This document shows positions 22,295-32,580 of a stretch of 64,000 nucleotides of DNA, piece after piece; within the stretch, counting starts at the first letter, position 1, and each line of letters opens with the position of its first letter. Source of the DNA: Planctomycetota bacterium (lineage in GTDB: Bacteria > Planctomycetota > UBA11346); NCBI GenBank assembly GCA_038213805.1, contig JBBQSO010000017.1, positions 1 through 64,000 of the forward strand. Reading direction: 5' to 3'. A program made the position numbers and the translations under genes. Below the pieces are notes generated by a model. That model saw only the letters and a list, made by a program, of their open reading frames with translations, made no database searches and was not told the origin of the DNA.

Positions 22295-24811
22295 TCATTT
22301 GCAGCGGAACTGGTCGCACTGGACCACGGCGTGCACCAGGTCGCGCAGGCCGTGGCCAGAGGCCTTGGTCGCGTCGAGCAGGCCTTCGACCGCGGCGCGG
22401 TCGGCGAAACTGATGGTTGCACCGGTGGCGTAGACCAGCAGGCGGCGGGCGAGATTGCGCGCGACCTGGCGCTCGTCGGCGAGCAGCAGCGCGCGCAGTT
22501 CGGCGATGCCGGCGAAGGGCTTGCCGGCGAGTTCGCCGCTGCAGTCCACCGCGGGGCCGAGGCGCACGTGGACCTCGCGGACGCCGCTGACCAGGGGCAC
22601 GCTGTCGCCCGCGCCGCTGCTGCGGTAGCGCGTGCGCTGGGCGCCCATCACGTCGAACGACTCGAGGGCGAAACCCGGCGGGTCGAGCTTGGCGTGGCAC
22701 GACGCGCACACGGCGCTCGCGCGGTGCTTGACGAGCTGCTCGCGGATGGTGGTGGCCCCGCGCGTGTCCGGCTCGATCGCGCCGGCGTCGGGCGGCGGCG
22801 GCGGCACCGGCGTGCCCAGCAGCCGGTCCAGCACCCAGGCGCCGCGCTTCACCGGCGAGGTGGTCAGGCCGTTGGCGGTGACCTTCATCACGCTGCCCTG
22901 GGTGAGGATGCCGCCGCGCGCGCCGCCCGCGGACAGCGCGACGCGGCGGATGGCGCAGCCTGCGACCCCGGGCACGCCGTAGAGCCGCGCGAGCGGTTGA
23001 TTGAGCATCGCGAAATCGCTGGTGATGACCGCGCTCGCAGGGAGGTCGTTATCAAGCATCTCCGTGAAATAGGCGCGGGTCTCCGCGGCCAGCGACTCGA
23101 CCAGGTGCACGTCGCAGAAGTATTCCGGATACAGCGCCCGGTCGGGCACCGTGGCGTAGAGCTGGTCCAGGCTCAGCCACTGCGCGGTGAAGTCCGCGAC
23201 CAGGCGCTGGGCGCGCGGGTCGCGCAGCAGGCGCGCGGTCTCGGCGCGCAGCACCTCGGGCCGCAGCAGCGCACCGCTGCGCGCCTGGCGCAGCAGCGCA
23301 TCGTCCGGCATCGACCGCCACAGGAAGTAGGACAGCCGGGATGCGAGCGCCCAGGCGTCGAGCCGCCCCGGGCGCTCGTGGAAGAACAGGAAGTCGGGCG
23401 AGCACAGCACCGCCTTGTAGGCGATGCGCATGGCGTCCTGGAAGCAGCGCTGCTGCGCCAGCGCGGCCAGCGCCAGGCCCTGCATGCGCGCGACTTCAGT
23501 GGGCTCGACCGGGCGACGCCAGGCGCGCTCCATGAAGGTGCGCAGCAGCTGGGCGCTGTCTGCGACGGGATCCTGCGACTCGACCACGAATGGGCCGCCA
23601 GGCGGGCGCCAGGCGCGGCGGGCCACGCCGGTGCCGATGGTGGTGCGTTCGGGTTCGCGCAAGCCGCTGGCCTTCGACCATTTGGCCAGCGGCAGCTCGC
23701 CGAACAGGCGGCGGTGCGCCTCCGGCGGCCACTGGGCCAGCAGCGGCCCTTCCATGTCGAGCCACTGGCAGGCGATGCCTGGGCCGCGCCAGGGCTTCTT
23801 CGCCGGCGGGCTGGAATCGCCGGGCAGGGTGCGGTCGTCGAGCGAGGCGCAGGTGATGACCAGCTGCTCGTTGCCGTGCAGCCAGGCGGTGAACTCGATC
23901 TCGCCGGCTTCGGCCGGGACGTCGAAGAACTGCAGATAGCGCCCGTCCTTGACCTGGATGGCCGCGACGTGCTGGACGGTCGGCGGCAGCAGCTGGTCGT
24001 CGGCGGTGTCGCCGGTGCCGGGGCTGTCGAGGGTGACGCCGCGGCAGCGCAGGCGGAAGCGGTAGAGCCCGGGCTCGTCAAAGCGGTTCTCGAGCGTCCA
24101 CGGCGACTGCGCGTTGTTGGGCTGGCGCAGCAGCACCATCCAGTCGCCGACTACGCGCGACTCGCTACGCCCGAGTTTGCGGTCGCGCGCGAAGTCTTCG
24201 AAGAAGCGTCCGTTGGCGGTGAACAGCTGGCGGTCGACGCGGCTCTCGGGCTGCGGGCGCAGCGCCATCGCCGCGTCGAGCGCCGCGTCGGCCGCCTCGA
24301 GGTAGCGCGCGATTTGGACGTAGGACAGCTCCTGCGCGGACGCGACGTCATCAAAGCCGCCCGCCAGCGGGTCGGCTGGGAGGATGTCCTTGACCTCGAG
24401 CGCGGGGATCGCGAGCAGGTCGCGCAGGGTGTTCTCGTACTCGACGCGGTTGAGGCGGCGGTAGACGGTGCGGCCGCCCTGGCGCTGGCGCTGCTCGTCC
24501 GCGGCGGTCAGCGCCGTGGCCAGGCTGGCCGCGAAGGAGCTGGCGTCGGATGCCGCCAGCTTTTTCTTCGGCGGCATCTCGCCGGCCGCGACGCGGTCGT
24601 GGACCAGCGTCCAGGTGGCGAGAGTGGACGGATCGTGCTCGATCGGCGCCAGGGTGTCGAGGCGCAGGCCGCCCTTGCGCGTATCGGCGTCGTGGCACTC
24701 GACGCAGCTGCTCTCGAGGCGCTTGGCGATAGCCGGATCGGGCGCGGAAGCGGCGGCCGCAGCGCCCATCAGGGACAGCGCGACGACCAGCCGCAGGCAG
24801 ACGGAGGGCAT
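22295..24811 (-). CDS. Planctomycete cytochrome c / DUF1587-DUF1595-DUF1592-DUF1588-DUF1585 protein
   Basis: CVECH..MPP, RRLNRVEYENTLRDLL, LASRLSYFLWRSMPD, TSPVKRGAWV, CASCHAKLDPPGFALE. Confidence 0.92.
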   Translation of the reverse strand: MPSVCLRLVVALSLMGAAAAASAPDPAIAKRLESSCVECHDADTRKGGLRLDTLAPIEHDPSTLATWTLVHDRVAAGEMPPKKKLAASDASSFAASLATALTAADEQRQRQGGRTVYRRLNRVEYENTLRDLLAIPALEVKDILPADPLAGGFDDVASAQELSYVQIARYLEAADAALDAAMALRPQPESRVDRQLFTANGRFFEDFARDRKLGRSESRVVGDWMVLLRQPNNAQSPWTLENRFDEPGLYRFRLRCRGVTLDSPGTGDTADDQLLPPTVQHVAAIQVKDGRYLQFFDVPAEAGEIEFTAWLHGNEQLVITCASLDDRTLPGDSSPPAKKPWRGPGIACQWLDMEGPLLAQWPPEAHRRLFGELPLAKWSKASGLREPERTTIGTGVARRAWRPPGGPFVVESQDPVADSAQLLRTFMERAWRRPVEPTEVARMQGLALAALAQQRCFQDAMRIAYKAVLCSPDFLFFHERPGRLDAWALASRLSYFLWRSMPDDALLRQARSGALLRPEVLRAETARLLRDPRAQRLVADFTAQWLSLDQLYATVPDRALYPEYFCDVHLVESLAAETRAYFTEMLDNDLPASAVITSDFAMLNQPLARLYGVPGVAGCAIRRVALSAGGARGGILTQGSVMKVTANGLTTSPVKRGAWVLDRLLGTPVPPPPPDAGAIEPDTRGATTIREQLVKHRASAVCASCHAKLDPPGFALESFDVMGAQRTRYRSSGAGDSVPLVSGVREVHVRLGPAVDCSGELAGKPFAGIAELRALLLADERQVARNLARRLLVYATGATISFADRAAVEGLLDATKASGHGLRDLVHAVVQCDQFRCK

Positions 24812-25110
24812 GGTCAAAGATACCTCGCGGACGACGGACGGTTGCCAGGGATAGCGCCAGGGGCGCTGCGGTTACCACGTGATTCGTGGGGAAGTGAGCC
24901 TCCACGACGCTAACGCTCGGTCGTACGCATCCGCTGCCATGGAGGATATGGATACAATATGGACGAGAGCGTCGCCATGTCGCCTGCGGATATGCGCCAA
25001 GCCCGTGCTGTCACAAGATTTCCGCACAATGAATGCAACGATTTCCAGGGCCTACGGTAGTTTTGCCAGCGCGTGGCAATGCCGCGCCCAGAACCATAGG
25101 AACCGCACCC

Positions 25111-26184
25111 ATGACAGCCATCTCGACGCCGCCCCGCCATCCTGCGCCGATGATCCGCGGCGCGCTCATCCCCACGCTGTTGCTGCTGGCCGCGGCGGCG
25201 GTTGACCAGGGAGCGGCGGCCGCGGAGCCTGCGCCGCTAACCTTCGCGGGCGGCGAGGGTCCGGGCAAGGGCAAGCACATCGTCTTCCTGGCGGGCGACC
25301 ACGAGTACCGCTCGGAGGAGAGCCTGCCGGCGCTCGCGCGCATCCTGGCGGTGCGCCAGGGCTTCACCTGCACCGTGCTGTTCAACATCGACCAGACCAC
25401 CGGCACCATCGAGCCCGGCAATTCCAACATGCCAGGGCTGGAGGCGCTCGACCACGCCGACCTGGCGGTGGTGTTCCTGCGCTTCCAGGCTTTTCCCAAG
25501 GAGCAGATGCGGCACGTCGACGACTACCTCGCGCGCGGCGGCCCGGTGGTCGGCCTGCGCACCGCGACGCACGCCTTCCGCACCGCCGCTGACGATGCTT
25601 TCGCCAAGTACTCCTTCGACAGCAAGGTCGCTGGCTACGAGCTCGGCTTCGGCCACCAGGTGCTGGGCCAGACCTGGGTCGGTCATTACGGCACCAACCA
25701 CGCGCAGAGCACGCGCATCAGCGTGAGCGACGCCCAGAAGGACCACCCCATCCTGCGTGGCGTCGCGGACGTCTGGGTGCAGGCCGGCGGCTACGTCGGC
25801 AAGCCGACCAGCGGCACGGTGCTGACCGTGGCCCAGCCGTTGAACGGCATGAAGCAGGACGCGCCGCCCGATGCCAGCAAGCCGCCGATGCCCTCGGAGT
25901 GGACGCGCAGCTATGCTGCGGCGGATGGGCACCAGGCGCGGGTCTTCACCTCGCTCTACGGCGCCTCGGAAGACCTCCTCAACGACGGTTATCGCCGCCT
26001 GGTCGTCAACGGCTGCTTCTGGGCGCTGGGCCTGGAGTCGGCCATCACGCCGCAGCTGGCGGTCAGCTTCGTCGGGCCGTACAAGCCCAACACCTTTGGC
26101 GAGCACGCCTTCGCCCGCGGCGTCAAGCCCGCGATGTACGCCGATTTGGCGAGCCCGATCCCCGCGAACAACAGCACCAAGTGA
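25111..26184 (+). CDS. Secreted ThuA-like (class I GATase-like) domain protein
   Basis: Signal peptide; HIVFLAGDHEYRSEE, VVGLRTATHAF, RVFTSLYG; start 25111 or 25150. Confidence 0.75.
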   Translation: MTAISTPPRHPAPMIRGALIPTLLLLAAAAVDQGAAAAEPAPLTFAGGEGPGKGKHIVFLAGDHEYRSEESLPALARILAVRQGFTCTVLFNIDQTTGTIEPGNSNMPGLEALDHADLAVVFLRFQAFPKEQMRHVDDYLARGGPVVGLRTATHAFRTAADDAFAKYSFDSKVAGYELGFGHQVLGQTWVGHYGTNHAQSTRISVSDAQKDHPILRGVADVWVQAGGYVGKPTSGTVLTVAQPLNGMKQDAPPDASKPPMPSEWTRSYAAADGHQARVFTSLYGASEDLLNDGYRRLVVNGCFWALGLESAITPQLAVSFVGPYKPNTFGEHAFARGVKPAMYADLASPIPANNSTK

Positions 26185-26189
26185 CCACC

Positions 26190-29174
26190 ATGCGCCACCG
26201 CCACGCCTCCGTCCACGTGCAGCGGCCGCGCGCCGTCTGGTCCGCCTGCCCACTGCTGCTGATGCTCGCGGGACTGGTCCCGGCCAGCGAGCCGACGACG
26301 ACCCCGATCGCGCTGCAGAAGGACGAGGTGATCTGCGAGATCGGCGACGGCCTGGCCGATCGCATGCAGCACGACGGCTGGGTCGAGACGTTGATCCAGA
26401 GCCGCGCGGCCGACAGGAAGCTGGTCTTCCGCAACCTCGCCATCACTGGCGACATGGTCGCCAAGCGCCCGCGCCAAGAGGGCTTCGCCTCGCCCGAGGA
26501 CTACCTCAAGCTGTGCAAGGCGGACGTCATCTTCGCCTTCTTCGGCTACAACGAGTCCTTCGCCGGCGAGGCCGGCGTCGCTGGTTTCAAGAAGGACCTG
26601 GGCGAGATGGTCGACCGTTACCGCGGCACCATGTTCAATGGCCATTCCGCGCCCCGTCTGGTGCTGTTCTCGCCCATCGCGCACGAGGACCTGCACACCC
26701 CCAACCTGCCCAACGGCGCGGCGGACAACGCCAATCTGGCATTGTACACCGCCGCGATCGCGCAGGTCGCGGCCGACAAGCAGGTCGGCTTCGTCGACCT
26801 GTTCAGCACCTCGCAGGCGCTGTATGTGCAGTCGCGAACGCCACTGACGCTGAACGGCGTGCACCTGCTGCCGGACGGCGACCGGCAGATCGGCGAAGTC
26901 ATCGCCAGCGCCGTGGTCGGCCCGGCGGCGGGCGCGACCCGCGCCCTCGAACCGTTGCGCCAGGCGGTGCTGGACAAGGACTACCACTGGCACTGCCGCT
27001 ACCGCGCGCCCGACGGCAACGACATCTGGGGCAACCGCTCCGGCCTGCGCTTCGTCAACAATCAGTCCAACGGCGAGGTCCTCACGCACGAGCTGAGCAT
27101 GCTCGACGTCATGACCGCCAACCGCGACGCGCGCATCTGGGCGGTCGCCTCCGGCCACGACGCGCCGGTTTCCGACGCCAACGTCGCCAAGCCGATCGAA
27201 GTGATCTCGAACGTCGACAACAAGACCAAGAGCAGCGATCCGGTCAAGCCGCCCAGCGAGGACGGCTACCTGTCCGGCAGCGATGCGCTGGCGAAAATCC
27301 GCGTCCCCGAGGGCTTCGAGCTGACGCTGTTCGCCGACGAATCGCGCTTTCCCGCGCTGACCAAGCCGGTGCAGCTGCACGTCGACGCCAAGGGGCGGCT
27401 GTGGGCCGCCTGCTGGGGCACCTACCCCAAGTGGGAACCGCTCAAGCCGAAGAACGACACCCTGCTGATCCTCAGCGACTCCACCGGATCCGGCGTCGCC
27501 GACAAGGCGGTGGTCTTCGACCACGTCGACAATCCGTTGGGCTTCGAATTCTGGAACGGCGGGGTGATCGTCACCTCACAGCCGAACCTGCTGTTCCTCA
27601 AGGACACCGACGGCGACGACCACGCCGACCAGCGCACCGTGCTGCTGCAGGGCATCGACTCGGCCGATACCCACCACTCGGCCAACAATCTGATCTACGG
27701 CCCCGACGGCGCGATCTACTGGCAGAGCGGCATATTCATGCAGAACAGCTTTGAGAGCCCGTGGGGACCGGTGTTGCACTCGACCCAGGCCGGCATGTAC
27801 CGCTTCGATCCGCGCAGCTCGGCGATCTCGTTCCACGCCGCCAACAGTCCGAACTCGCACGGCACGTCCTTCGACTACTGGGGCTACATGTACGCCAATG
27901 ACGGCACCGGCGGCGCGTGCTTCCAGGTCCGCCCCGACGGCAACGGCTTCAAGATGTTCCCGCTGACCAAGACCGAGTGCCGGCCAGTGCCCGCCGACGC
28001 GATCATCTCGAGCGCCAACTTCCCGCCCGAGATGCAGGGCGACTTCCTGGTCCTGAACACCATCGGCTACCTGGGCATCAAACGCTACCAGCTGCACCGC
28101 GACGGCTTCAAGGAGGACGGCAAGGACTTCCAGACCGGCCAGGTCTGGGGCACCCCGACCCCGGACTTCCTGCGCAGCGATGATCCCAACTTCCGCCCGA
28201 CCAGCGCGGTGTTCGGCGCCGACGGCGCGCTCTACATCGCCGACTGGCAGAACACCATCATCGGCCACATGCAGCACAACATCCGCGACCCCAAGCGCGA
28301 CCACTCGCACGGCCGCATCTACCGGTTGGCCTACAAGGGCCGCCCGCTGCAGGCCAAGGTCGACATCGCCGGGCAGCCGATCCGCGCCCTGCTGGACGAC
28401 CTGAAGAACCCGATCGACGGCATCCGCCAGCGTGCCCGCATCGAGCTCAGTGGCCGCGACTCGCAGGAGGTCATCGCCGCGACGCGCCAGTGGATGCGGC
28501 AGTTCGACGCGAAGAAGCCCGAGGACGCCCACCACCTGCTCGAGGCGCTGTGGCTGCACCAGCAGCACAACGTGCGCGACCTGGCGCTGCTTGACCTGGT
28601 GCTGGCCTCGCCCGAGCCGCACGCGCGCATCGCCGCCGCGACGGTGAAGCACCTGTGGGGGCCCGCGGATCCCACCAAGGGGCGCATGGCCGACACCACC
28701 GTGGCCGCGACGCCTAAAGTGCCGCAGGTGGTGGTGCCCGCGCACCTCACCGGCCAGGCGGCCAAGCTCTACACCCTGGGCGCGGCGGTCTTTGCCCGCG
28801 ACAGTCACTGCACCACCTGCCATCAGCCCACCGGCGCCGGCCTGGCCGGCATCTACCCGCCGCTCGCCGGCAGCCCGTGGGTGATCGGCAACGAGGAGCG
28901 CCTGATCAAGGTGGTGCTGAGCGGCCTGTGGGGGCCACTTCAGGTCAATGGCACCACCTACGACCCGGCGCGCGGCATCCCGCCGATGACGGCGTTCCGC
29001 TCGATCCTCAAGGACGAGGAGGTCGCCGCGGTGCTGACCTATGTGCGCAACTCGTGGGGCAACAAGGCTGCTCCCGTGCTGCCCGAGGCGGTCGGCAAGG
29101 TCCGGGAGGCGACCAAGGGCCAGACCACGTTCTGGAAGCCCGAGGACCTGCTGAAGGCGCATCCGCTGGAGTGA
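26190..29174 (+). CDS. PVC-type multidomain protein: SGNH-like + glucose/sorbosone-dehydrogenase-like beta-propeller + HEAT + cytochrome c
   Basis: IGDGL..FGYNES..NGVHL; DTDGDDHAD, DTHH, GADGALYIADW, DHSHGRIYR; CTTCH..PPLAGS..PPM. Confidence 0.85.
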   Translation: MRHRHASVHVQRPRAVWSACPLLLMLAGLVPASEPTTTPIALQKDEVICEIGDGLADRMQHDGWVETLIQSRAADRKLVFRNLAITGDMVAKRPRQEGFASPEDYLKLCKADVIFAFFGYNESFAGEAGVAGFKKDLGEMVDRYRGTMFNGHSAPRLVLFSPIAHEDLHTPNLPNGAADNANLALYTAAIAQVAADKQVGFVDLFSTSQALYVQSRTPLTLNGVHLLPDGDRQIGEVIASAVVGPAAGATRALEPLRQAVLDKDYHWHCRYRAPDGNDIWGNRSGLRFVNNQSNGEVLTHELSMLDVMTANRDARIWAVASGHDAPVSDANVAKPIEVISNVDNKTKSSDPVKPPSEDGYLSGSDALAKIRVPEGFELTLFADESRFPALTKPVQLHVDAKGRLWAACWGTYPKWEPLKPKNDTLLILSDSTGSGVADKAVVFDHVDNPLGFEFWNGGVIVTSQPNLLFLKDTDGDDHADQRTVLLQGIDSADTHHSANNLIYGPDGAIYWQSGIFMQNSFESPWGPVLHSTQAGMYRFDPRSSAISFHAANSPNSHGTSFDYWGYMYANDGTGGACFQVRPDGNGFKMFPLTKTECRPVPADAIISSANFPPEMQGDFLVLNTIGYLGIKRYQLHRDGFKEDGKDFQTGQVWGTPTPDFLRSDDPNFRPTSAVFGADGALYIADWQNTIIGHMQHNIRDPKRDHSHGRIYRLAYKGRPLQAKVDIAGQPIRALLDDLKNPIDGIRQRARIELSGRDSQEVIAATRQWMRQFDAKKPEDAHHLLEALWLHQQHNVRDLALLDLVLASPEPHARIAAATVKHLWGPADPTKGRMADTTVAATPKVPQVVVPAHLTGQAAKLYTLGAAVFARDSHCTTCHQPTGAGLAGIYPPLAGSPWVIGNEERLIKVVLSGLWGPLQVNGTTYDPARGIPPMTAFRSILKDEEVAAVLTYVRNSWGNKAAPVLPEAVGKVREATKGQTTFWKPEDLLKAHPLE

Positions 29175-29244
29175 AGCCAGCATCGGTGCGGCGCCCCGCG
29201 TGCGTCATCAGCGGCGGGGGCGCACTGCCCGGGCCACGCCGCGC

Positions 29245-30165
29245 CTAGGGCTTCGCCAGCGCCAGCAGCCTGGCCTCCGTCGGCTGTGGCCCGCCCGACC
29301 CGGGCTGGTCGAGTTCCTTGCGCAACCACGCCAGCCCCGCGAGGCTGCAGGCCAGGCTGGTTTCGGCGTCGACGGACGGGCGCTCGTGCAGCAGGCCGAC
29401 CGGGCCATGCCAGCCGCTCGCGCGGATCACGCGCAGCATCGCCAGTTCTCCCGCATCGGTGCCGACGAAGCGCACGCTGGGGTACTGCGCAGAATCCGCT
29501 GGCATGCCGTTGAGATTGACCGCCAGCAGGTGCGTCTGCATGCGCGCGAACCGCGCGGCGAAATCGGTGAGGGGGCCGCGCCAGTGGTGGAAATTGAAGA
29601 CGATGCCGACGTTGGTGATGCCGTCCTGGCGTAGGCGCTCGATCACCGCCAGCTGGTTGTCCTGATCCTCGCACCACGGTTCGCGGTGGTTGTACAGCCC
29701 GACCTGGCTGCCGATCGCGGCGGCGTCGCGCGCCAGTGGCATAATGCGCGCCGCCTCGCGCGTGATCCGCGCCGGATCACCCGGCGCGCTCGGCTGTGGC
29801 TCGGGTGCGCCGGCCACCCACAGCTGGGGGTGGATGCCGTGGCGCAGCGCGGCGTCCAGCACCTCCTGGCGGTGGCCGGGGTACCACCAGGCGCTGATGG
29901 CGATGTGGTGGCGCGCCATCGCCTCGATCTCGGCGTCGAAGGTCGCGACGTGCTCCTCGCGCCAGTCGTAGGCGAGCCTGGTGATGCCCAGGTGCTCCAA
30001 CATCTGCGCGCGCTCCTCCGGGCCGCGCTTGCGCGGATCGAAGGGCACCACGCACCACGCGGCGAGGTTGCCGGTGGTGAGAAGGTCGTCGTCGGCGGCG
30101 GCGAGCCGCGGCGTGTGGCCGGCGGCCAGGACGAGCAGCGCGGCGAGCAGGATGGGCGTTTTCAT
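29245..30165 (-). CDS. Secreted sugar-phosphate isomerase/epimerase-like TIM-barrel protein
   Basis: Signal peptide; NLAAWCVVPFD, GLYNH, VFNFHH, VNLNG, GWHGPVGLL. Confidence 0.65.
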   Translation of the reverse strand: MKTPILLAALLVLAAGHTPRLAAADDDLLTTGNLAAWCVVPFDPRKRGPEERAQMLEHLGITRLAYDWREEHVATFDAEIEAMARHHIAISAWWYPGHRQEVLDAALRHGIHPQLWVAGAPEPQPSAPGDPARITREAARIMPLARDAAAIGSQVGLYNHREPWCEDQDNQLAVIERLRQDGITNVGIVFNFHHWRGPLTDFAARFARMQTHLLAVNLNGMPADSAQYPSVRFVGTDAGELAMLRVIRASGWHGPVGLLHERPSVDAETSLACSLAGLAWLRKELDQPGSGGPQPTEARLLALAKP

Positions 30166-30311
30166 GCGGGATTCCCGGCGGTGGAGCGTGCCCGATCCTG
30201 GCGCGCTCCTGACCGGTGTCGTGCACGCCGGCGACGGCGGCTGGAAGGCGAGCGGCACAGACCTGACCGCCGCTGCGTGGAGGCTCGCCGCCAGCCGTGC
30301 GCGGACCGGTT

Positions 30312-32306
30312 TCAGGGCGCCCCGTCGCGCACGGTCGCGTCGAGGAAGTGCACGTGCTCGCGCACGAATGAGGCGCGCAGGTGGTGCGTGTCCGTGTAGA
30401 TCGGCTCGCCGTCCGCAGTGATGGCCGGGCAGGTGTCCCCCACCGCGAGCTCGGCGAGCGCATCGATGACGATGATCGAATCCGGGCGCGCGAGCGCGGC
30501 GAGGAAGGTGCGCGTGGCGCCCTCCTGGGCCAGGATGCGCGTGCGGCTGACGCCCGCTCCCCGGACGCCGTCCTGGCCGAAGGAGCGCTTGAAGATGTAA
30601 TGCGGATCCATCTCGTCGCCGGACGGGTTGTCCAGGACCAGGTACACGCGCTTCCCCGCAGCGGCCACGCGCGTCACCAATGCGGCGAACAGGGCGTCGG
30701 CGCGCGCCCGGCCCGGTGCGCCGTCCAAGGTCAGCGCGCCGCCGCCGGCGCCGGCGTCCACGTCGAAATGTTTGGAGAAGTAGGCGTTCCAGTGCGCCGC
30801 GATGACCACGCGGTCGACGTCCGGACGGTCGGCCAGGGTCAGGAAGTCTTCGGCGAAGCCGGCATTCCTCGTGGGATCGGCGAGGTTGCGCACCCCCGGA
30901 AGGGGCGGAACGCCCTCACCAGCCAGGAAGATGGCGCCGCGACCATGCGCATTGTTGCCGCTCACCAGGGCGGCGATGCGCGGCGCGTACTGCTCCATGT
31001 GGCTGTCGCCCCAGAACAGCGTCTGTGCGCCCTGCCCGCCTGCGACATGGCACCGGCGCGCACCGACCATGGGCCCGGGGCGCAGGACCCTGGGATAGCG
31101 CCAATCCGCGATCGCGCGCTGCACGAGCGCATCAGGGGTGGTCGCGGCCTGGCGCGCCGGGATGGCGCCGCGGCCGGCGAGCAGGCCGAGGACGGCGACC
31201 ACGCCGAGGGCCGCGCCCAGCGCCGTGGTGACCCGCCAGTCGGGCGAGAAGCGCAGGCGGCGCTCGACGAACCGCTGGGTGATGGCCGCGAGCACGACCG
31301 CGCCCGCCACCAGGATCAAGCGGCTGGAGACGGCGTGGTCGTCGGGCTCGACGATGCTCCACAATGACAGCAGCGGCCAGTGCCATAGGTAGAGCGGGTA
31401 GCTGATCCGCCCGATGGCGGCAGCAGCGGGATTGCCGAGCAGCCAGCGTCCAGGAAGCGCCTGCGGCCCTGCGGCGATCGTCAGCAGCGCACCCAGTACC
31501 GGCACCGTCGCCCACCACCCGGGATAGGGGAGGCTGCCGTCCAGCGTGCACAACGCGTAGCCGATCAGCGTCAGCCCGACCGTGGACGCCACGTGCCGCC
31601 CCAGCGGATCTGCCAGGCGGCGCACCGACGACGGCCAGGCCACGGTGGGGATGAGGGCCAGGGCGCCACCCGCGAACAGCTCCCACGCCCGCGTGCCGGC
31701 GCCATAGAACACCGCGGCCGGCTGCGCTTCGACCAGCGTGACGTTGCAGGCGAACGAGAGCGCACCCAGGATCGCGATGCCGGCGGGCAGCGGCAGGCCG
31801 CAGCGCCGCATGGCGATCAGGATAAGGGGGAAGGCGAGGTAGAACTGCTCTTCGATCGCCAGGGACCACAGGTGCAGCAGTGGCTTGGCCGTGGCCGCGG
31901 CATCAAAGTAGCCGCCCTCGCCCCATAGCACCAAGTTCTGCACGAATAGCGCCCCGGCGAGCGTGTGCGTGCCGAGCTGCCGGAACTCGTCCGACAGGAG
32001 GAAGAGCCGGCCGAAGGCCAGGCAGGCGGCCAGGACGGTGATCAGCGCCGGGAGCAGGCGATGCATCCGGCGCCGGTAGAAACCGAGCAGTGAGAAATGC
32101 GCGCCGTCGAACCCGGAGGCGATGATCCCGGTGATGAGGAAGCCGGAGATCACGAAGAAGATGTCGACGCCGACGAAGCCACCGCCCAGGACCTCGGGGA
32201 ACGCGTGGCAGATCACCACCGCCAGGACGGCGACCGCCCGCAAGCCATCGATGTCGCTCCGGTAGGGCAGGGACGGCGGACAGACGGCGATTCCCGTCAC
32301 GGTCAT
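30312..32306 (-). CDS. O-acyltransferase (Acyl_transf_3 + SGNH; OafA/YrhL type)
   Basis: YRSDIDGLRAVAV, GVDIFFVISG, HLWSLAIEEQFY, ISYPLYLWHWP; C-terminal GDSH..DTHH. Confidence 0.93.
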   Translation of the reverse strand: MTVTGIAVCPPSLPYRSDIDGLRAVAVLAVVICHAFPEVLGGGFVGVDIFFVISGFLITGIIASGFDGAHFSLLGFYRRRMHRLLPALITVLAACLAFGRLFLLSDEFRQLGTHTLAGALFVQNLVLWGEGGYFDAAATAKPLLHLWSLAIEEQFYLAFPLILIAMRRCGLPLPAGIAILGALSFACNVTLVEAQPAAVFYGAGTRAWELFAGGALALIPTVAWPSSVRRLADPLGRHVASTVGLTLIGYALCTLDGSLPYPGWWATVPVLGALLTIAAGPQALPGRWLLGNPAAAAIGRISYPLYLWHWPLLSLWSIVEPDDHAVSSRLILVAGAVVLAAITQRFVERRLRFSPDWRVTTALGAALGVVAVLGLLAGRGAIPARQAATTPDALVQRAIADWRYPRVLRPGPMVGARRCHVAGGQGAQTLFWGDSHMEQYAPRIAALVSGNNAHGRGAIFLAGEGVPPLPGVRNLADPTRNAGFAEDFLTLADRPDVDRVVIAAHWNAYFSKHFDVDAGAGGGALTLDGAPGRARADALFAALVTRVAAAGKRVYLVLDNPSGDEMDPHYIFKRSFGQDGVRGAGVSRTRILAQEGATRTFLAALARPDSIIVIDALAELAVGDTCPAITADGEPIYTDTHHLRASFVREHVHFLDATVRDGAP

Positions 32307-32580
32307 CGCCGTCCCACTGGCGCCGGTCGTGCGCGCGCCGCCTGCGCGCGGCCGTGACCGGAGTGTCGATGGGAAGGTGTCACGACCGGCGCTCCGCAGG
32401 GGTTTCATTGCCGCCGTGGCGGAACAGCGGACAGGTTCAGGGTGCGCGGCGGCGCTACAAGCATCGCCACGCGCCTGCTGGCAACTCCAGCGCCTCTGAG
32501 GCGTATGCTCTTGCGAGCGTCGAGGCTCTGGACCAGAGTCACGCGTCTCCCCATCACCCCTCTGCCCTGCCGGTGCACCC

